The notes: generated by a model from the letters alone, not told the origin. 64,000 bases of DNA from a virus (IMGVR_UViG_3300044673_000278:1-64000), one strand, 5' to 3'. Counted from the first letter of the stretch, positions 53,074 to 63,065 are shown. A program made the numbers and translations.

Positions 53074-55392
53074 TCAGAGTTTGCATGCTTCGCAGTCTGC
53101 ATCATCTAACATTTCAATGTTGTTAGGCAACTCAACCAGTTCTTCCTGTTGCTTGCTACCTTGCTTGTTGATCAAGCTGTAGTAGAAAGTCTTGATGCCC
53201 CAGTGATGTGCCAACATCAAGTTACGGGCAATCAATGTGGTAGGAACCTTGCGCTCAGGGAAGTGTGCTGGATTGTAGAATGTGTTAGTAGAAATTGACT
53301 GATCCACGTAGACCTGCAACACAGCGGCTGTCTTGAGATAACCTTCGCAATTGGTTTGATCCCACATCAGTTGATACTTGTTCTTGAGTCTGTGATACTC
53401 AGGCACAACTTGTGTGAATGATCCTGCTTTTGATTCCTTGGTAGAGATCAAACTCATGGGCATTTCGATGCCGTTGGTAGAGTTGATTACCACTGAACTA
53501 GACTCCACAGGAGCAATAGCCATCAGTGTGGCATTGCGAACGCCCCAAGACCGCATTTCTGCACGTAGACCTTCCCAGTTCAATTCTGGTTTAAAATTGG
53601 TCAGTTCGTTGACACCCTCAGAACGACGTTCCCAGGGGAAAATGCCTTGGCCATAAAATGTACGATCACTATCCTTGCAACGGCCGCGCTCTTTAGCAAG
53701 TTCAACACTGGCTTCTGTAAGATAAAACGCCTGATGTTCCATCCAAGTCTTGACTTCAGCAAGTGCATCCGACTCACCGTATTGTAGGCTTCGCTTGGCG
53801 TGCCAGTAAGCAAGATTAGTAACTCCAATGCCCAAAGGCTGGATCTCGTCGTTGGATAGCTTGCTCTGAATCGAGAGAAAGTCCTGGTAGTCAAGGATGT
53901 TGCACAGGCTTCTTTGAAGAATACGGCAAGCGCGGCGCATGTCCTCAGGATGGCGGAACGCACCCCAGTTGATAGATCCAAGTGTGCAAAGAGCGATACG
54001 TCCCTCGGCATCGTCCAGGCGTTTGAAAGGTTTTGTAGGAAGTAGAATTTCACAGCAAAGGTTACTCTGGTAAATGGTATGGTACTCAGGATCAAACGGT
54101 CCCTGGTTCATCACATTGTCGATAAACACAAGATAAATGCGACCTGTGTCTGTACGCTCTTTGAGAATGCCGCCTTTGAACACATCCTCGGCTGACATTG
54201 TTTTCTTTCTCAGCGTAGAGTCAGATTCATACTGTACATACAGTTCTTCAAACTTTGCAGTGTCTTTGTAGAATGCTTCGTACAGGTCCGGGACTTCGTT
54301 GGGGTCAAAGAAGGTAATGTTTTCTTTGTTTTTAAAACGGCGCCAGAAAAATGCACTGAGTACAACTCCGTAGTCCATGTGTCGAACACGGGTTTCTTCT
54401 GTGCCTTGATTGTTCTTGAGCACAATAAGGTCATCAAATTGATGATGCCAGATGGGATAGAAAACTGTGGCACTGGCGTTGCGAATGCCACCTTGTGAAC
54501 AACTGCGTAGGTCACCAAACCACTTCTTCAAGAAGGGAATCATGCCGGTGTGCATGATCTCGCCACCACGAATAGGGCTACCCAGCGGACGCAGACGACC
54601 AATCTCCAAGCCAATACCAGCACGTTTGCTGGCATACTTGGCCATCATTTCGCCACTAGCAAAAATGCTATCAAGGTCATCATCGCTGCGAATAAGAACA
54701 CAGGATGAGAATTGCTTAGTGGGAGTACCAAGGCCTGCCAACACAGGAGTAGCCAAAGTAAAAAGGCCGTCACTTGCCGCATTGTAATACTCTTTGATAT
54801 AGCGCATGCGAGCTGAGTTAGGTTCTTCTTTATGAAACACAGTGGCTGCTGCAACCATGTAACGAACTTGTGGTGTTTCATAGATTTGTCCTGTGGCACG
54901 ATTTTTAACTAGATATTTTTCAATCAGTTGTTCAATGGCTGCATAGCCATATTGCTCATCTTTTTCGTGATCGATGAACTCTTCCATGCGGTTCCAGTCT
55001 GCTTCTGAGTACCATTCCAGCAGCTCAGGAGTGTACAAGCCCACAGCCACATTGCGCTTGATTATTTCGTACAGGTGCGGGGGTTGATAGTCACCATACA
55101 CATCTTTGCGCAGCATTGACAGGCGCTGTTTACCAGCAACATATTGATAGTTGGTATGACCTACGTCGGGATTGGCTTCTACGTCAATCAAATCCACACA
55201 AGCTCGCAGTGTAATACCGTCAATTTCTTTGGTTGTTATACCATCATAAAAGTGCAGTTGAGCTTTGATTTCGATCATTGACTGACTGACGTCAGCAATT
55301 CCTTGGCATACTTTTGCAACTTGAGTTTGCCATTTTTCGATATGCAACGGCTCGCGGCTGCCGTCGCGTTTGACAACTGTAATTTGTTTCAT
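53074..55392 (-). CDS. nrdA: ribonucleotide reductase class Ia alpha subunit
   Basis: ATP cone VVKRDG, SSCVL, SNLCCEI, LCTL, YY, CEAC. Confidence 0.97.
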   Translation of the reverse strand: MKQITVVKRDGSREPLHIEKWQTQVAKVCQGIADVSQSMIEIKAQLHFYDGITTKEIDGITLRACVDLIDVEANPDVGHTNYQYVAGKQRLSMLRKDVYGDYQPPHLYEIIKRNVAVGLYTPELLEWYSEADWNRMEEFIDHEKDEQYGYAAIEQLIEKYLVKNRATGQIYETPQVRYMVAAATVFHKEEPNSARMRYIKEYYNAASDGLFTLATPVLAGLGTPTKQFSSCVLIRSDDDLDSIFASGEMMAKYASKRAGIGLEIGRLRPLGSPIRGGEIMHTGMIPFLKKWFGDLRSCSQGGIRNASATVFYPIWHHQFDDLIVLKNNQGTEETRVRHMDYGVVLSAFFWRRFKNKENITFFDPNEVPDLYEAFYKDTAKFEELYVQYESDSTLRKKTMSAEDVFKGGILKERTDTGRIYLVFIDNVMNQGPFDPEYHTIYQSNLCCEILLPTKPFKRLDDAEGRIALCTLGSINWGAFRHPEDMRRACRILQRSLCNILDYQDFLSIQSKLSNDEIQPLGIGVTNLAYWHAKRSLQYGESDALAEVKTWMEHQAFYLTEASVELAKERGRCKDSDRTFYGQGIFPWERRSEGVNELTNFKPELNWEGLRAEMRSWGVRNATLMAIAPVESSSVVINSTNGIEMPMSLISTKESKAGSFTQVVPEYHRLKNKYQLMWDQTNCEGYLKTAAVLQVYVDQSISTNTFYNPAHFPERKVPTTLIARNLMLAHHWGIKTFYYSLINKQGSKQQEELVELPNNIEMLDDADCEACKL

Positions 55393-55399
55393 TTTATCC

Positions 55400-55825
55400 T
55401 TAACGAATTTTTTGTTTTAATTCTTGCTGACTAATGCGCCGCCGCAAGTTTTTGCTATTTGGACTGATATTTAATGGAGATAGGCCTGACCAATTCAATA
55501 TATATTTCCCCCGACCGATTAGGACTAAATTGTCCCCATCAACCTCGGTCAACACAGCATCCTGCAGATCTGCGCGATCAATCAATGTAATAGTATACAG
55601 GATTCCTAGGCCTCTTGCAAGCCCGCAATAGATATTGTCGTCCAATAATTGCCAGGGATCGGGCCAAGTTTCTCGATCATCCCAATGTAAATGGTAAGGG
55701 CACCAAGGTGTTTGTTGCCACCAAGCATCCAATTGTTTGATACAAGTTTCTAAGTCCGCAGACCCACACTGCTCTCGCAGTGTGTTCCAAGCCTGTAGAC
55801 GTTCAGGGAAAGTTTTATGCCACAT
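55400..55825 (-). CDS. conserved hypothetical protein (transglutaminase-like Cys motif)
   Basis: WPDPWQLL..N.YC...R.LG..YT. Confidence 0.65.
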   Translation of the reverse strand: MWHKTFPERLQAWNTLREQCGSADLETCIKQLDAWWQQTPWCPYHLHWDDRETWPDPWQLLDDNIYCGLARGLGILYTITLIDRADLQDAVLTEVDGDNLVLIGRGKYILNWSGLSPLNISPNSKNLRRRISQQELKQKIR

Positions 55826-57606
55826 TAAGCAAAGTGTGTGATGCTGTAGTAAATGGTTCCGTCAAATCCAGTGGATGTAGCAGTGTATGCCACAGTTATG
55901 TCATCACCTGTTTGTGACACTGACAAAGTAATACCAGTTGAACTGTTTTCGCTGTATTCGTCGTTGTAGCTCAGCACATATCCATCAGCAGCTTGAACTG
56001 CCAACACACCGGTTCTCAATGTAAATGCACCCGCAGTGGCTTCGCGTTTTATTGTGTAGTTCATAGAGAAACTACTGAATCCACCGCCGGTGACTGATGC
56101 AGCAGAATCAATTACAAACAGTGTTTGGGTGGTAGCTGCATCTTCCAGTGTGGCTTGTTGGCCAACTTCGCGAGTGTAGCTTCCAACTTGAAACTTGCTG
56201 GATCCGTTGTAGCCCACGCTCAGCGGAATAGTAGAGGTATCTGTGTTGTAGATTTGAATTCTTGGCTGAGTCAGTGCCTGTGTATCATTGCGTTGGAACA
56301 GATCGCCCACGCTGACATTGTTGTCAGCATTGATGCTGATGATTGGTGTCTGTGGCTGTGTGACGCCAAAGAAGTTGTTGCCCACGTCATAGAAAGTGTT
56401 GTAACCGCTGGCATTGAGACCGCAGTTTTCCATTACAATACCTTCGGCAAAGATCTTGTCAAATTCGTTGTGAACAATTCGCACGCCAGTTGGTCCACCG
56501 TTGTCCACAGTGACACCACCAAGATACACACCTTGGTACAGTGTGTTAAATTGTCCGTTGCTGACTGTGATGCCTCTAACTGCTTGGTCGGTGCTGACAG
56601 CATAGGTCGCGCCAAAGAACTTGCATTTGTCCAGGGTGATTTGTGTAGGTGGAACTTCAGCTGTACCGTTGAATACCACACAGCTTAGATCATCAACATC
56701 AGTGTCGAGGTCAACTTCGCCCAACGGTCCAGCAAAATTACAACTGTCAAAATATCCCTGTTGTAGTTGGTTAATACTGCAAATCTGATGATTACCTACT
56801 TCTGTGGTTTGAAAAGTAATGCCCGAGATTTCAACATTTCGAGGAGCAATCGCACCATTGGTACCAATGTTTACGCCAGTTTGTTGTAGACTGTCGGAAG
56901 TTTCAATCACAAATTCTGGCAGGGTAGTTGGATCCCAGTACGTAGTGTTGGTAATCAAAATACCAGTGGGTGGAACTGCGGCCACGGATCTATAGTAGTT
57001 AAACACACCCGGTGTCACGGACTCAACTTTGACCAACACACCTTCGGCATAGGCTGTGTTTGCTGCCCACTCTTGCACTTCAAACAAGAAAATTGTTGAG
57101 TCGGCACCTTCGCCGTAGAGCTTGGCAAAGGGAGGAATCTTTATAGTATCAGTGATAATGTATGTGCCTGCTGGGAAAAACAAGCTGCGGCGTATTTGTG
57201 TGTTTGATTGCACACAGTACATTTGAAACAATGCTCGATTGATAGCAGCAGTGTCGTCGGTGTCGCCGTTGCCAGTGACACCAAACACAGTAGACACAGC
57301 ATAGCTGTCTAGTCTACTTTGTATGCTTTGACTTACAGGATCACCCGAGGTAGGGCCTGTTTGCACAGTGTAGCCAGCAGCTTGACCTTTGTAGGTATAG
57401 GCTGACGCCAGGCTCAACACATCAGTGAATTCAGTTAGAATTTCTGTGTTTCCAACAACCGGAGCACCTTCGGCAATTTCTCCGTTGCCGATAAACAGTC
57501 TACGTTGGTCAACAGCCCAACCAAATTCGGCCGCTGCCAGCGGTTGTGGTAGGTCTTCCAGCAGACCCTGACGTTGGGTTATTCTTGATATTTGTACAAT
57601 TGCCAC
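55825..57606 (-). CDS. tail fibre / tailspike-like protein with beta-helix
   Basis: Mtd-N-like start (LAAAEFGWAVDQRRLFIGNG); FGVTGNGDTDDTAAI, FFPAGTY pectate-lyase-like motif. Confidence 0.75.
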   Translation of the reverse strand: MAIVQISRITQRQGLLEDLPQPLAAAEFGWAVDQRRLFIGNGEIAEGAPVVGNTEILTEFTDVLSLASAYTYKGQAAGYTVQTGPTSGDPVSQSIQSRLDSYAVSTVFGVTGNGDTDDTAAINRALFQMYCVQSNTQIRRSLFFPAGTYIITDTIKIPPFAKLYGEGADSTIFLFEVQEWAANTAYAEGVLVKVESVTPGVFNYYRSVAAVPPTGILITNTTYWDPTTLPEFVIETSDSLQQTGVNIGTNGAIAPRNVEISGITFQTTEVGNHQICSINQLQQGYFDSCNFAGPLGEVDLDTDVDDLSCVVFNGTAEVPPTQITLDKCKFFGATYAVSTDQAVRGITVSNGQFNTLYQGVYLGGVTVDNGGPTGVRIVHNEFDKIFAEGIVMENCGLNASGYNTFYDVGNNFFGVTQPQTPIISINADNNVSVGDLFQRNDTQALTQPRIQIYNTDTSTIPLSVGYNGSSKFQVGSYTREVGQQATLEDAATTQTLFVIDSAASVTGGGFSSFSMNYTIKREATAGAFTLRTGVLAVQAADGYVLSYNDEYSENSSTGITLSVSQTGDDITVAYTATSTGFDGTIYYSITHFA

Positions 57607-57635
57607 AGTGTGATTCCTTACAAGGTATCACATAT

Positions 57636-58346
57636 TTAGCGTGTTAGATAGTACAATTCAACTCGCTTCATCCACTCATTGCTCCAGTGAGCAAACTCAT
57701 CTTTGTTGACTTCAAATTCCAAGTATTCCGGAGTGCTATATGTGCCATCTGCCAGCAGTTTGGGCTGACATGCCATCAAAATTACACCGTCTTGTATATT
57801 GGTACCATGCATTTCGTTGTGTGCAGCAGCATAGGCAGCAAGTTGCAAGAAATAGTCTTCGATCCACTCACGCTTTTTGGGCTTGTTGGTTTGTTTGAAG
57901 TCCATGATTGCAGGACGTCCTTTCCACACACCCAACAAGTCTGTGGTGCCTGCATATAACCCACTATAATACAGAGGAACTTCAACGCCCCAATATTCGT
58001 CCACATTCTGCAGGCCTTTGAGAATGATTTCTGCTGCCATAAACCAGCTGGGATGAGCATAGGGGTTTGAAGGCAGTGGTTTCATGTCCCCGGACATGAT
58101 GTAGGTTTCAAGATAGGCGTGCATGCGTGTGCCACGGTTAGCAGCTTCTGTGGTAATTTCTTGAGCACGTTTTTCACCCACTGCCTTTTTCCAGTTGGCC
58201 AAGGCTTCGCGTTTTTCCTGCGGTTTGGTTTTGTCAAGAATTGTAGTTACACTGGGTACCTTTGAACCGTCGGGCAAGCAATAGTGTCGTTTGCCGTCGA
58301 TGGTTGTACGGTCCAGAGGTGTGTAGTTGTATCGAGCTGTGATCAT
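57636..58346 (-). CDS. PD-(D/E)XK exonuclease
   Basis: PSVTTIL, RGT.MH, E, GTTD, DFK, QLAAY. Confidence 0.85.
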   Translation of the reverse strand: MITARYNYTPLDRTTIDGKRHYCLPDGSKVPSVTTILDKTKPQEKREALANWKKAVGEKRAQEITTEAANRGTRMHAYLETYIMSGDMKPLPSNPYAHPSWFMAAEIILKGLQNVDEYWGVEVPLYYSGLYAGTTDLLGVWKGRPAIMDFKQTNKPKKREWIEDYFLQLAAYAAAHNEMHGTNIQDGVILMACQPKLLADGTYSTPEYLEFEVNKDEFAHWSNEWMKRVELYYLTR

Positions 58347-58792
58347 ATTTTGTTTACTTCAATTCCTGATTTTTGCAGAAAATCAATCCCGCTACTATCC
58401 CTATACTCACTGCCAAACCAAACCCTAGAAATACCGGATTGGTAGATAAGTTTGGCACAATCAAGGCAAGGAGCATGAGTAACAAATATATCAGCACCAA
58501 CCCCGCTGTTATGACTTCTAGCCAATTTTGCAATCGCGTTCGATTCAGCATGTAAAACCTCTGGTCTTGTTCGTAATTCTTTGATTTCTTTTTGTGGCAC
58601 ACCGTCGACCACAGCTACAACCACTTCATGCTCGCAGTTGTTGTCCCAACCTGCTGGCATACCGTTGTAACCATAGCTGATCACTGTGTCATCTTTGACA
58701 ATCACAGCACCTACATGCAAACGACGAGCATGACTGAGTTCGGCGGTGCGTCGAGCCCAGTCCATGTATAAATCAATGTATTTTTGTTTCAA
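58343..58792 (-). CDS. dCMP deaminase
   Basis: GYNG, HAESNA, PCLDC. Confidence 0.92.
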   Translation of the reverse strand: MKQKYIDLYMDWARRTAELSHARRLHVGAVIVKDDTVISYGYNGMPAGWDNNCEHEVVVAVVDGVPQKEIKELRTRPEVLHAESNAIAKLARSHNSGVGADIFVTHAPCLDCAKLIYQSGISRVWFGSEYRDSSGIDFLQKSGIEVNKI

Positions 58793-59115
58793 ACTCTAAA
58801 ACTTTCTCCGCAACCGCAGCGGTCGCGCTCATTGGGATTACTAAATTCAAAACCTTCGTTGAGCCCATTGCGCACATAGTCCACAGTCACACCTTGTAGA
58901 TATGGTAGACTTTTGGCATCAACCAACACCACAAAATCCGGCTGTGCAAAATTTGTCACGCCTGGTTCAGCTTCGTAACTGTCTACGTATTCTAACACAT
59001 AAGCAAGCCCTGAGCAACCAGTGGTTTTGACACCGATTCGGATGCCCAGACCTCGACCACGTCGTGCTAGTTGATTTCGAATTTTTCGGGCAGCAGCATC
59101 AGTGATTGTGATCAT
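58789..59115 (-). CDS. iscA: iron-sulfur cluster assembly A-type carrier
   Basis: TTGCSG, CGCGESF. Confidence 0.93.
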   Translation of the reverse strand: MITITDAAARKIRNQLARRGRGLGIRIGVKTTGCSGLAYVLEYVDSYEAEPGVTNFAQPDFVVLVDAKSLPYLQGVTVDYVRNGLNEGFEFSNPNERDRCGCGESFRV

Positions 59116-59674
59116 TGATCTTACCTGTCCAATTTTTTAGCCAGGCACGTTGCAGTTTTACCATGTCAGCTGCAAGTTCGCCCTGCTCTCTCACAAAGTT
59201 TGCAGTGTAGTCAAACACAGTGGGCTCGGGTAATTGTACTCGAGCAGTGAGTTCGTGTCCCGATCTGTCCCAGGTCTTCAATCCATGCTTGCGAGCAAGA
59301 TGTTGAATCTTTTGATTCTCTGTGATACAGTGCATGTACACAATTTCCACGCCGTGAGTTTTGCCCCAAGAAATCATGTGACTCATTAATTCATCAGCAA
59401 TGCCACGGCCCTGATACTCACGATCCACACTCACTGCCAACTCCCAGTCCGACTCCTCACGTGCCAAGTGACCGAACCCCACAATCTTAGAGTCAGTGTA
59501 GTATGTAAAAATATGATGATCTGCTTGATTGTAAACAATGTTCAAAATCATCTGATCAATGGCTTGAGTGCTGGCAGCATAGCCAAACCGAGTGTATCGA
59601 TCTTCATCGCTAAGGCTTTTTAGATGCTGAGCATATTCAGCAAGATATTCAATTCGAGTGTGTTGTATTTTCAT
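59099..59674 (-). CDS. GNAT family acetyltransferase
   Basis: LS.EDRY.RF, ELAVSV..EYQGRGIA, EN..I..LA. Confidence 0.85.
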   Translation of the reverse strand: MKIQHTRIEYLAEYAQHLKSLSDEDRYTRFGYAASTQAIDQMILNIVYNQADHHIFTYYTDSKIVGFGHLAREESDWELAVSVDREYQGRGIADELMSHMISWGKTHGVEIVYMHCITENQKIQHLARKHGLKTWDRSGHELTARVQLPEPTVFDYTANFVREQGELAADMVKLQRAWLKNWTGKINDHNH

Positions 59675-60044
59675 GGCGTTTTCTATAATCTTCTACAGCC
59701 GCTTTGATTGCATCCTCGGCCAGGATGGAGCAGTGAATTTTTACAGGTGGTAGGGCCAGCTCTTCAGCAATCTCACTGTTCTTAAGGGCAGCAGCTTCGT
59801 CTAGTGTCTTGCCTTTGACCCATTCGGTTACAAGGCTGCTGGATGCAATCGCACTGCCACAACCGTAAGTCTTGAATCGAGCATCAGTGATGATACCATC
59901 TTCTACTCGGATTTGCAGTTTCATTACATCCCCGCAGGCTGGCGCACCTACCATGCCTGTGCCTACGTCAGGATCGTCCTTGGCAAAGGATCCGACATTG
60001 CGTGGATTTTCATAATGATCGACTACTTGTTGCGAATACGCCAT
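59649..60044 (-). CDS. iscU: iron-sulfur cluster scaffold
   Basis: HYENPRNVG, GAPACGD, YGC, LPPVKIHC. Confidence 0.97.
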   Translation of the reverse strand: MAYSQQVVDHYENPRNVGSFAKDDPDVGTGMVGAPACGDVMKLQIRVEDGIITDARFKTYGCGSAIASSSLVTEWVKGKTLDEAAALKNSEIAEELALPPVKIHCSILAEDAIKAAVEDYRKRHENTTHSN

Positions 60045-60101
60045 GAGAAAGCTCCTTATTGAATTATAAGGTATTTACGCTGAATTGTCTAGAGATTTGG
60101 G

Positions 60102-60458
60102 TTAGATGCCGCGATTTTTTTTGGCAGCTTTTTTGGCAGCAGCAGCCACTATGTCCTGGGCTTTGTTAACAGGCATTTGAGTAGGACCTATGTCGGCACC
60201 CTTGAATGTGATTTGATCAGAGTTGGGATCAAAGGGTTCCAACACATTGTTCAATGGCGGCTTGTCAATGATAGCTTGCAAATTGTTGGCATTGATGTTG
60301 ATGCCAAGATTGCGAGCCATTTGTATAAATGCATCCTTGCTGATCTGCTTAGTAGCATTGGTATCTTCGGCACGACCTGCAAGAAACTCTACCAAGCCCA
60401 GGAGTTTGTCTGGGCTTGGAGTAGGAGCAGCAGAAGTGTCAACTTCAAGTATTCGCAT
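60102..60458 (-). CDS. putative virion protein
   Basis: MRILEV start; late-gene context. Confidence 0.55.
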   Translation of the reverse strand: MRILEVDTSAAPTPSPDKLLGLVEFLAGRAEDTNATKQISKDAFIQMARNLGININANNLQAIIDKPPLNNVLEPFDPNSDQITFKGADIGPTQMPVNKAQDIVAAAAKKAAKKNRGI

Positions 60459-61372
60459 TATCGACGTGCGCGGCCCAGTACTTCGCCGCCGGCTTCTTCA
60501 TCATCGAGATCGGCACCAGCGTCAGCAGCCACAGCGTCTAGATCGTCTCCGACATCTGCACCAGCTTCGGCGCCAGCAGCAGCACCTAGTTCAGCACCAG
60601 CTTCGGCACCTAGTTCAGCACCCAGAGCAGCGGCACCAGGAGCAGGAGCTTGTCCAGTAACTACACCCAGGGCAGCGTCCATTTGCATCTTGGCTTGTTG
60701 CAGATTTTGCATCAATCCGCTGAGAGCAGCAGAGGCGTCTGTGTTGAATTGTTGAGCTTGATCAATGCCCACTTGATTCTTGATTGAATCAACTAGAGCA
60801 GGCAGCTCTTTGAATTGTAGTTCGGAAACATCTTCTAACATGGCTTGCATTTTGTCAACCATGTCTTGTGCAGCCAACACAACCTGAGCTTGCTGAACTT
60901 CGCTTTCTTTCAGCATTTTGTAAGCACGAGCCAACTTGCTTTCAGTTTTCATCAGTGCAGCACCAGCAACCATCTTTTGCTCGTCGGGTGTTAATGTTTG
61001 ACCTTTGCTGGCCTTGGTCAGTGCAGCCTTGAGTTTGGGATCTTTGGTTGTGGCAATTGTAGCAGCAGCTTGGCCAACTTGCTGTTGTTGAGCAGCGCCA
61101 GGTGCTGTGGGAGCCACAGGAGCCATTTCGGCTAGACGTGCAGTCAGTGCCTGCTCAACCATAACAAGCTTGAGATAACCAGGATTGCGTTCGCTGGTGT
61201 GACGAGCTGTTGAGTTACGGTGTTCGGCAATAACTCCTTGCACACGTTTCAACATGGCCTGTGCTTGTTTAGCAGTCAAGCGTTGAACATCAATGCGACT
61301 TCCAAAGTAACTTTCAAATACTTTGGAAATTTGTTGTGTAGGTTTAGCCGCGGCTATGTCTTGCAGTTTCAT
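60458..61372 (-). CDS. putative virion/head (scaffold-like) protein
   Basis: CTAAATA upstream; helical, acidic G/A-rich C-terminus. Confidence 0.6.
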   Translation of the reverse strand: MKLQDIAAAKPTQQISKVFESYFGSRIDVQRLTAKQAQAMLKRVQGVIAEHRNSTARHTSERNPGYLKLVMVEQALTARLAEMAPVAPTAPGAAQQQQVGQAAATIATTKDPKLKAALTKASKGQTLTPDEQKMVAGAALMKTESKLARAYKMLKESEVQQAQVVLAAQDMVDKMQAMLEDVSELQFKELPALVDSIKNQVGIDQAQQFNTDASAALSGLMQNLQQAKMQMDAALGVVTGQAPAPGAAALGAELGAEAGAELGAAAGAEAGADVGDDLDAVAADAGADLDDEEAGGEVLGRARR

Positions 61373-61817
61373 TTGAGAATCCTCTAAGTTGTAGATATTT
61401 AGCCGAATTAACACATTTTTCAAGTTCAGCTTTTATGGTATTTAAGTAACGAATCTTGGGCTCTAGTTTGGTTTCAACTATTTCACTAAACTGCTCTCTC
61501 TTGCTGCGATTGGACATTTGCTGTCTAGCATAGATGTCAGCTGAGAGTTGCGCCTTTTTGGCATCCAGAACACGGATATCAAAACTAAGTTGATGTTGGC
61601 GATAACGTTCTGCTACACACCAACTAATAGCAGTACGTTTGCTGCTGAATGTTGCCACAAAGTCTTCGTAGAGATAAACATCGTAGGAGTTACCATTGGG
61701 TTGTAAATTGTATTTTCCAAACACAAGGTATCCTGGATCCAAAGGAATGATTGCATTGTCCAACACATAACGTGCTGATCTGTGTGCAAAAGATTCTAAT
61801 TTTTGATCGTAAGTCAT
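61344..61817 (-). CDS. hypothetical protein
   Basis: 157 aa ORF, ATGA overlap. Confidence 0.65.
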   Translation of the reverse strand: MTYDQKLESFAHRSARYVLDNAIIPLDPGYLVFGKYNLQPNGNSYDVYLYEDFVATFSSKRTAISWCVAERYRQHQLSFDIRVLDAKKAQLSADIYARQQMSNRSKREQFSEIVETKLEPKIRYLNTIKAELEKCVNSAKYLQLRGFSNETARHSRG

Positions 61818-62080
61818 TTATTAAAAACGTGTGTGGCCAACAAATAACCAATGACAGTAATCAATGTACCAATGACGCCTATGCCCCAGTTGATTAGCTG
61901 TGTGTTTCTTTTTTCTGCCAACTTGTTTACCAAGTCATGGGTTTTTTCTGATAGTTCTTTGACTTCACAGATGTCTTTTTTTACTTCGGTGAACTGAGTT
62001 TCCAAGGCACGATAACGTTCTGCACAAAGCTCAACGTGTGCTTCTAGGCTTTTCTTTTCAATGTCAGTGGTCTCGGCCAT
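61814..62080 (-). CDS. small coiled-coil protein with C-terminal TM
   Basis: LEAHVELCAERY; C-terminal TM; CATAAATA upstream. Confidence 0.65.
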   Translation of the reverse strand: MAETTDIEKKSLEAHVELCAERYRALETQFTEVKKDICEVKELSEKTHDLVNKLAEKRNTQLINWGIGVIGTLITVIGYLLATHVFNK

Positions 62081-62085
62081 TTCGT

Positions 62086-62514
62086 TTACTCCAATCCTAT
62101 ATTTATGGTTTCAAACCAAATGTTTTGATCCGTTCCTAGCGCACTCAGCACTGGCTCAATGTCACTGGATTCGTTGAGATTCACAATCATTGGCACACCT
62201 GTGCAGTTTTGTTTCAAACCTCCCAAGGGGTCAGAACTGTTGTTGGCAAACACATCAGCAGATTCCACACGAAATTCAAACTGCCAAACGCCGTCGTTGC
62301 ACTGCGGAGGCACAATGTCTTGCGGTTGTGTATTCAAGCTGATCAACTGCATTATGGTTTCCCAGTTGCGTTGTTGATTTCTAGACTTGTTCCAGTCTGC
62401 AACTTCGTTTATTTTTTGTCCAGCACGATCAACAAAAGGAATCTGCCCAGCCTTGAAGTTGCCGGTGACTCCTGTGTAGGTGCAATCAAACAATGTTTTA
62501 CATATGATCTTCAT
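62086..62514 (-). CDS. putative structural protein
   Basis: TLFD.T.TG, RNQQRNWET; GTAAATA upstream. Confidence 0.6.
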   Translation of the reverse strand: MKIICKTLFDCTYTGVTGNFKAGQIPFVDRAGQKINEVADWNKSRNQQRNWETIMQLISLNTQPQDIVPPQCNDGVWQFEFRVESADVFANNSSDPLGGLKQNCTGVPMIVNLNESSDIEPVLSALGTDQNIWFETINIGLE

Positions 62515-62531
62515 TGTTGATATTTACGCCC

Positions 62532-62561
62532 AAAAGAAAACCCTGGAATAAATCCAGGGTT
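62532..62561 (-). terminator. rho-independent terminator
   Basis: AACCCTGGA-5nt-TCCAGGGTT then T-rich run. Confidence 0.75.
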
Positions 62562-62583
62562 GACTGTTAACTAAGTTTAAAAA

Positions 62584-63000
62584 TTAAACGTTAGTGAATG
62601 TGGCTGAACCAGCAACGTTGGCAGTAGGAATACCAATGTTGAGACCGCCGGTGGCGTTGGCTGTTTGAGCAGCAGCAACCAGGGTAGCGGTGGTGTAAGC
62701 GCCAGTTGGGTAGATAGCAATGTTCAACACAGCAGGTGCGCTAGGTGTAACTTGGTACATAGCGATTGTGCCGTTTTGCTGAATAGCTTGCAGAACGTTG
62801 TTGATGTAACCAGTAGCGTTGGCAGCACCAGAAGCGCTGAGGGCGCTGTTGGCTGTCAAGCTGAAGAAGTCCAGGTGAGGACCGGCAACTTGTACTGGGC
62901 CTTGAGCAGCGATGTTAGCTGTGTTAGCGATTGTACCGTTCTGTACGTCGATGGCAAACACCGGTTGGGTGGTGCCGTTTACTTTAGTGATTTGTGCCAT
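62584..63000 (-). CDS. highly expressed small virion protein (putative)
   Basis: Own TATAAATA promoter, TAAGGAG SD, terminator, A/T/N/G-rich. Confidence 0.65.
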   Translation of the reverse strand: MAQITKVNGTTQPVFAIDVQNGTIANTANIAAQGPVQVAGPHLDFFSLTANSALSASGAANATGYINNVLQAIQQNGTIAMYQVTPSAPAVLNIAIYPTGAYTTATLVAAAQTANATGGLNIGIPTANVAGSATFTNV

Positions 63001-63039
63001 TTTAAGCTCCTTAATATGTGGTCTCGGTGGACCTGCTTT

Positions 63040-63047
63040 TATTTATA
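63040..63047 (-). promoter_or_regulatory. T4-type late promoter
   Basis: Exact TATAAATA. Confidence 0.7.
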
Positions 63048-63065
63048 CAACTGACAAAAAAACGG

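Noticed and set aside
51773-55392. Intron, intein or homing endonuclease in nrdAB
   Set aside because: Both subunits are uninterrupted and of normal length; the intervening ORF is a small membrane protein
55825-57606. Diversity-generating retroelement target
   Set aside because: Only the N-terminus is Mtd-like; no reverse transcriptase and no TR/VR pair seen
57636-58346. Cas4 indicating a CRISPR locus
   Set aside because: It lacks the four-Cys Fe-S motif and sits among nucleotide-metabolism genes; an ordinary phage exonuclease
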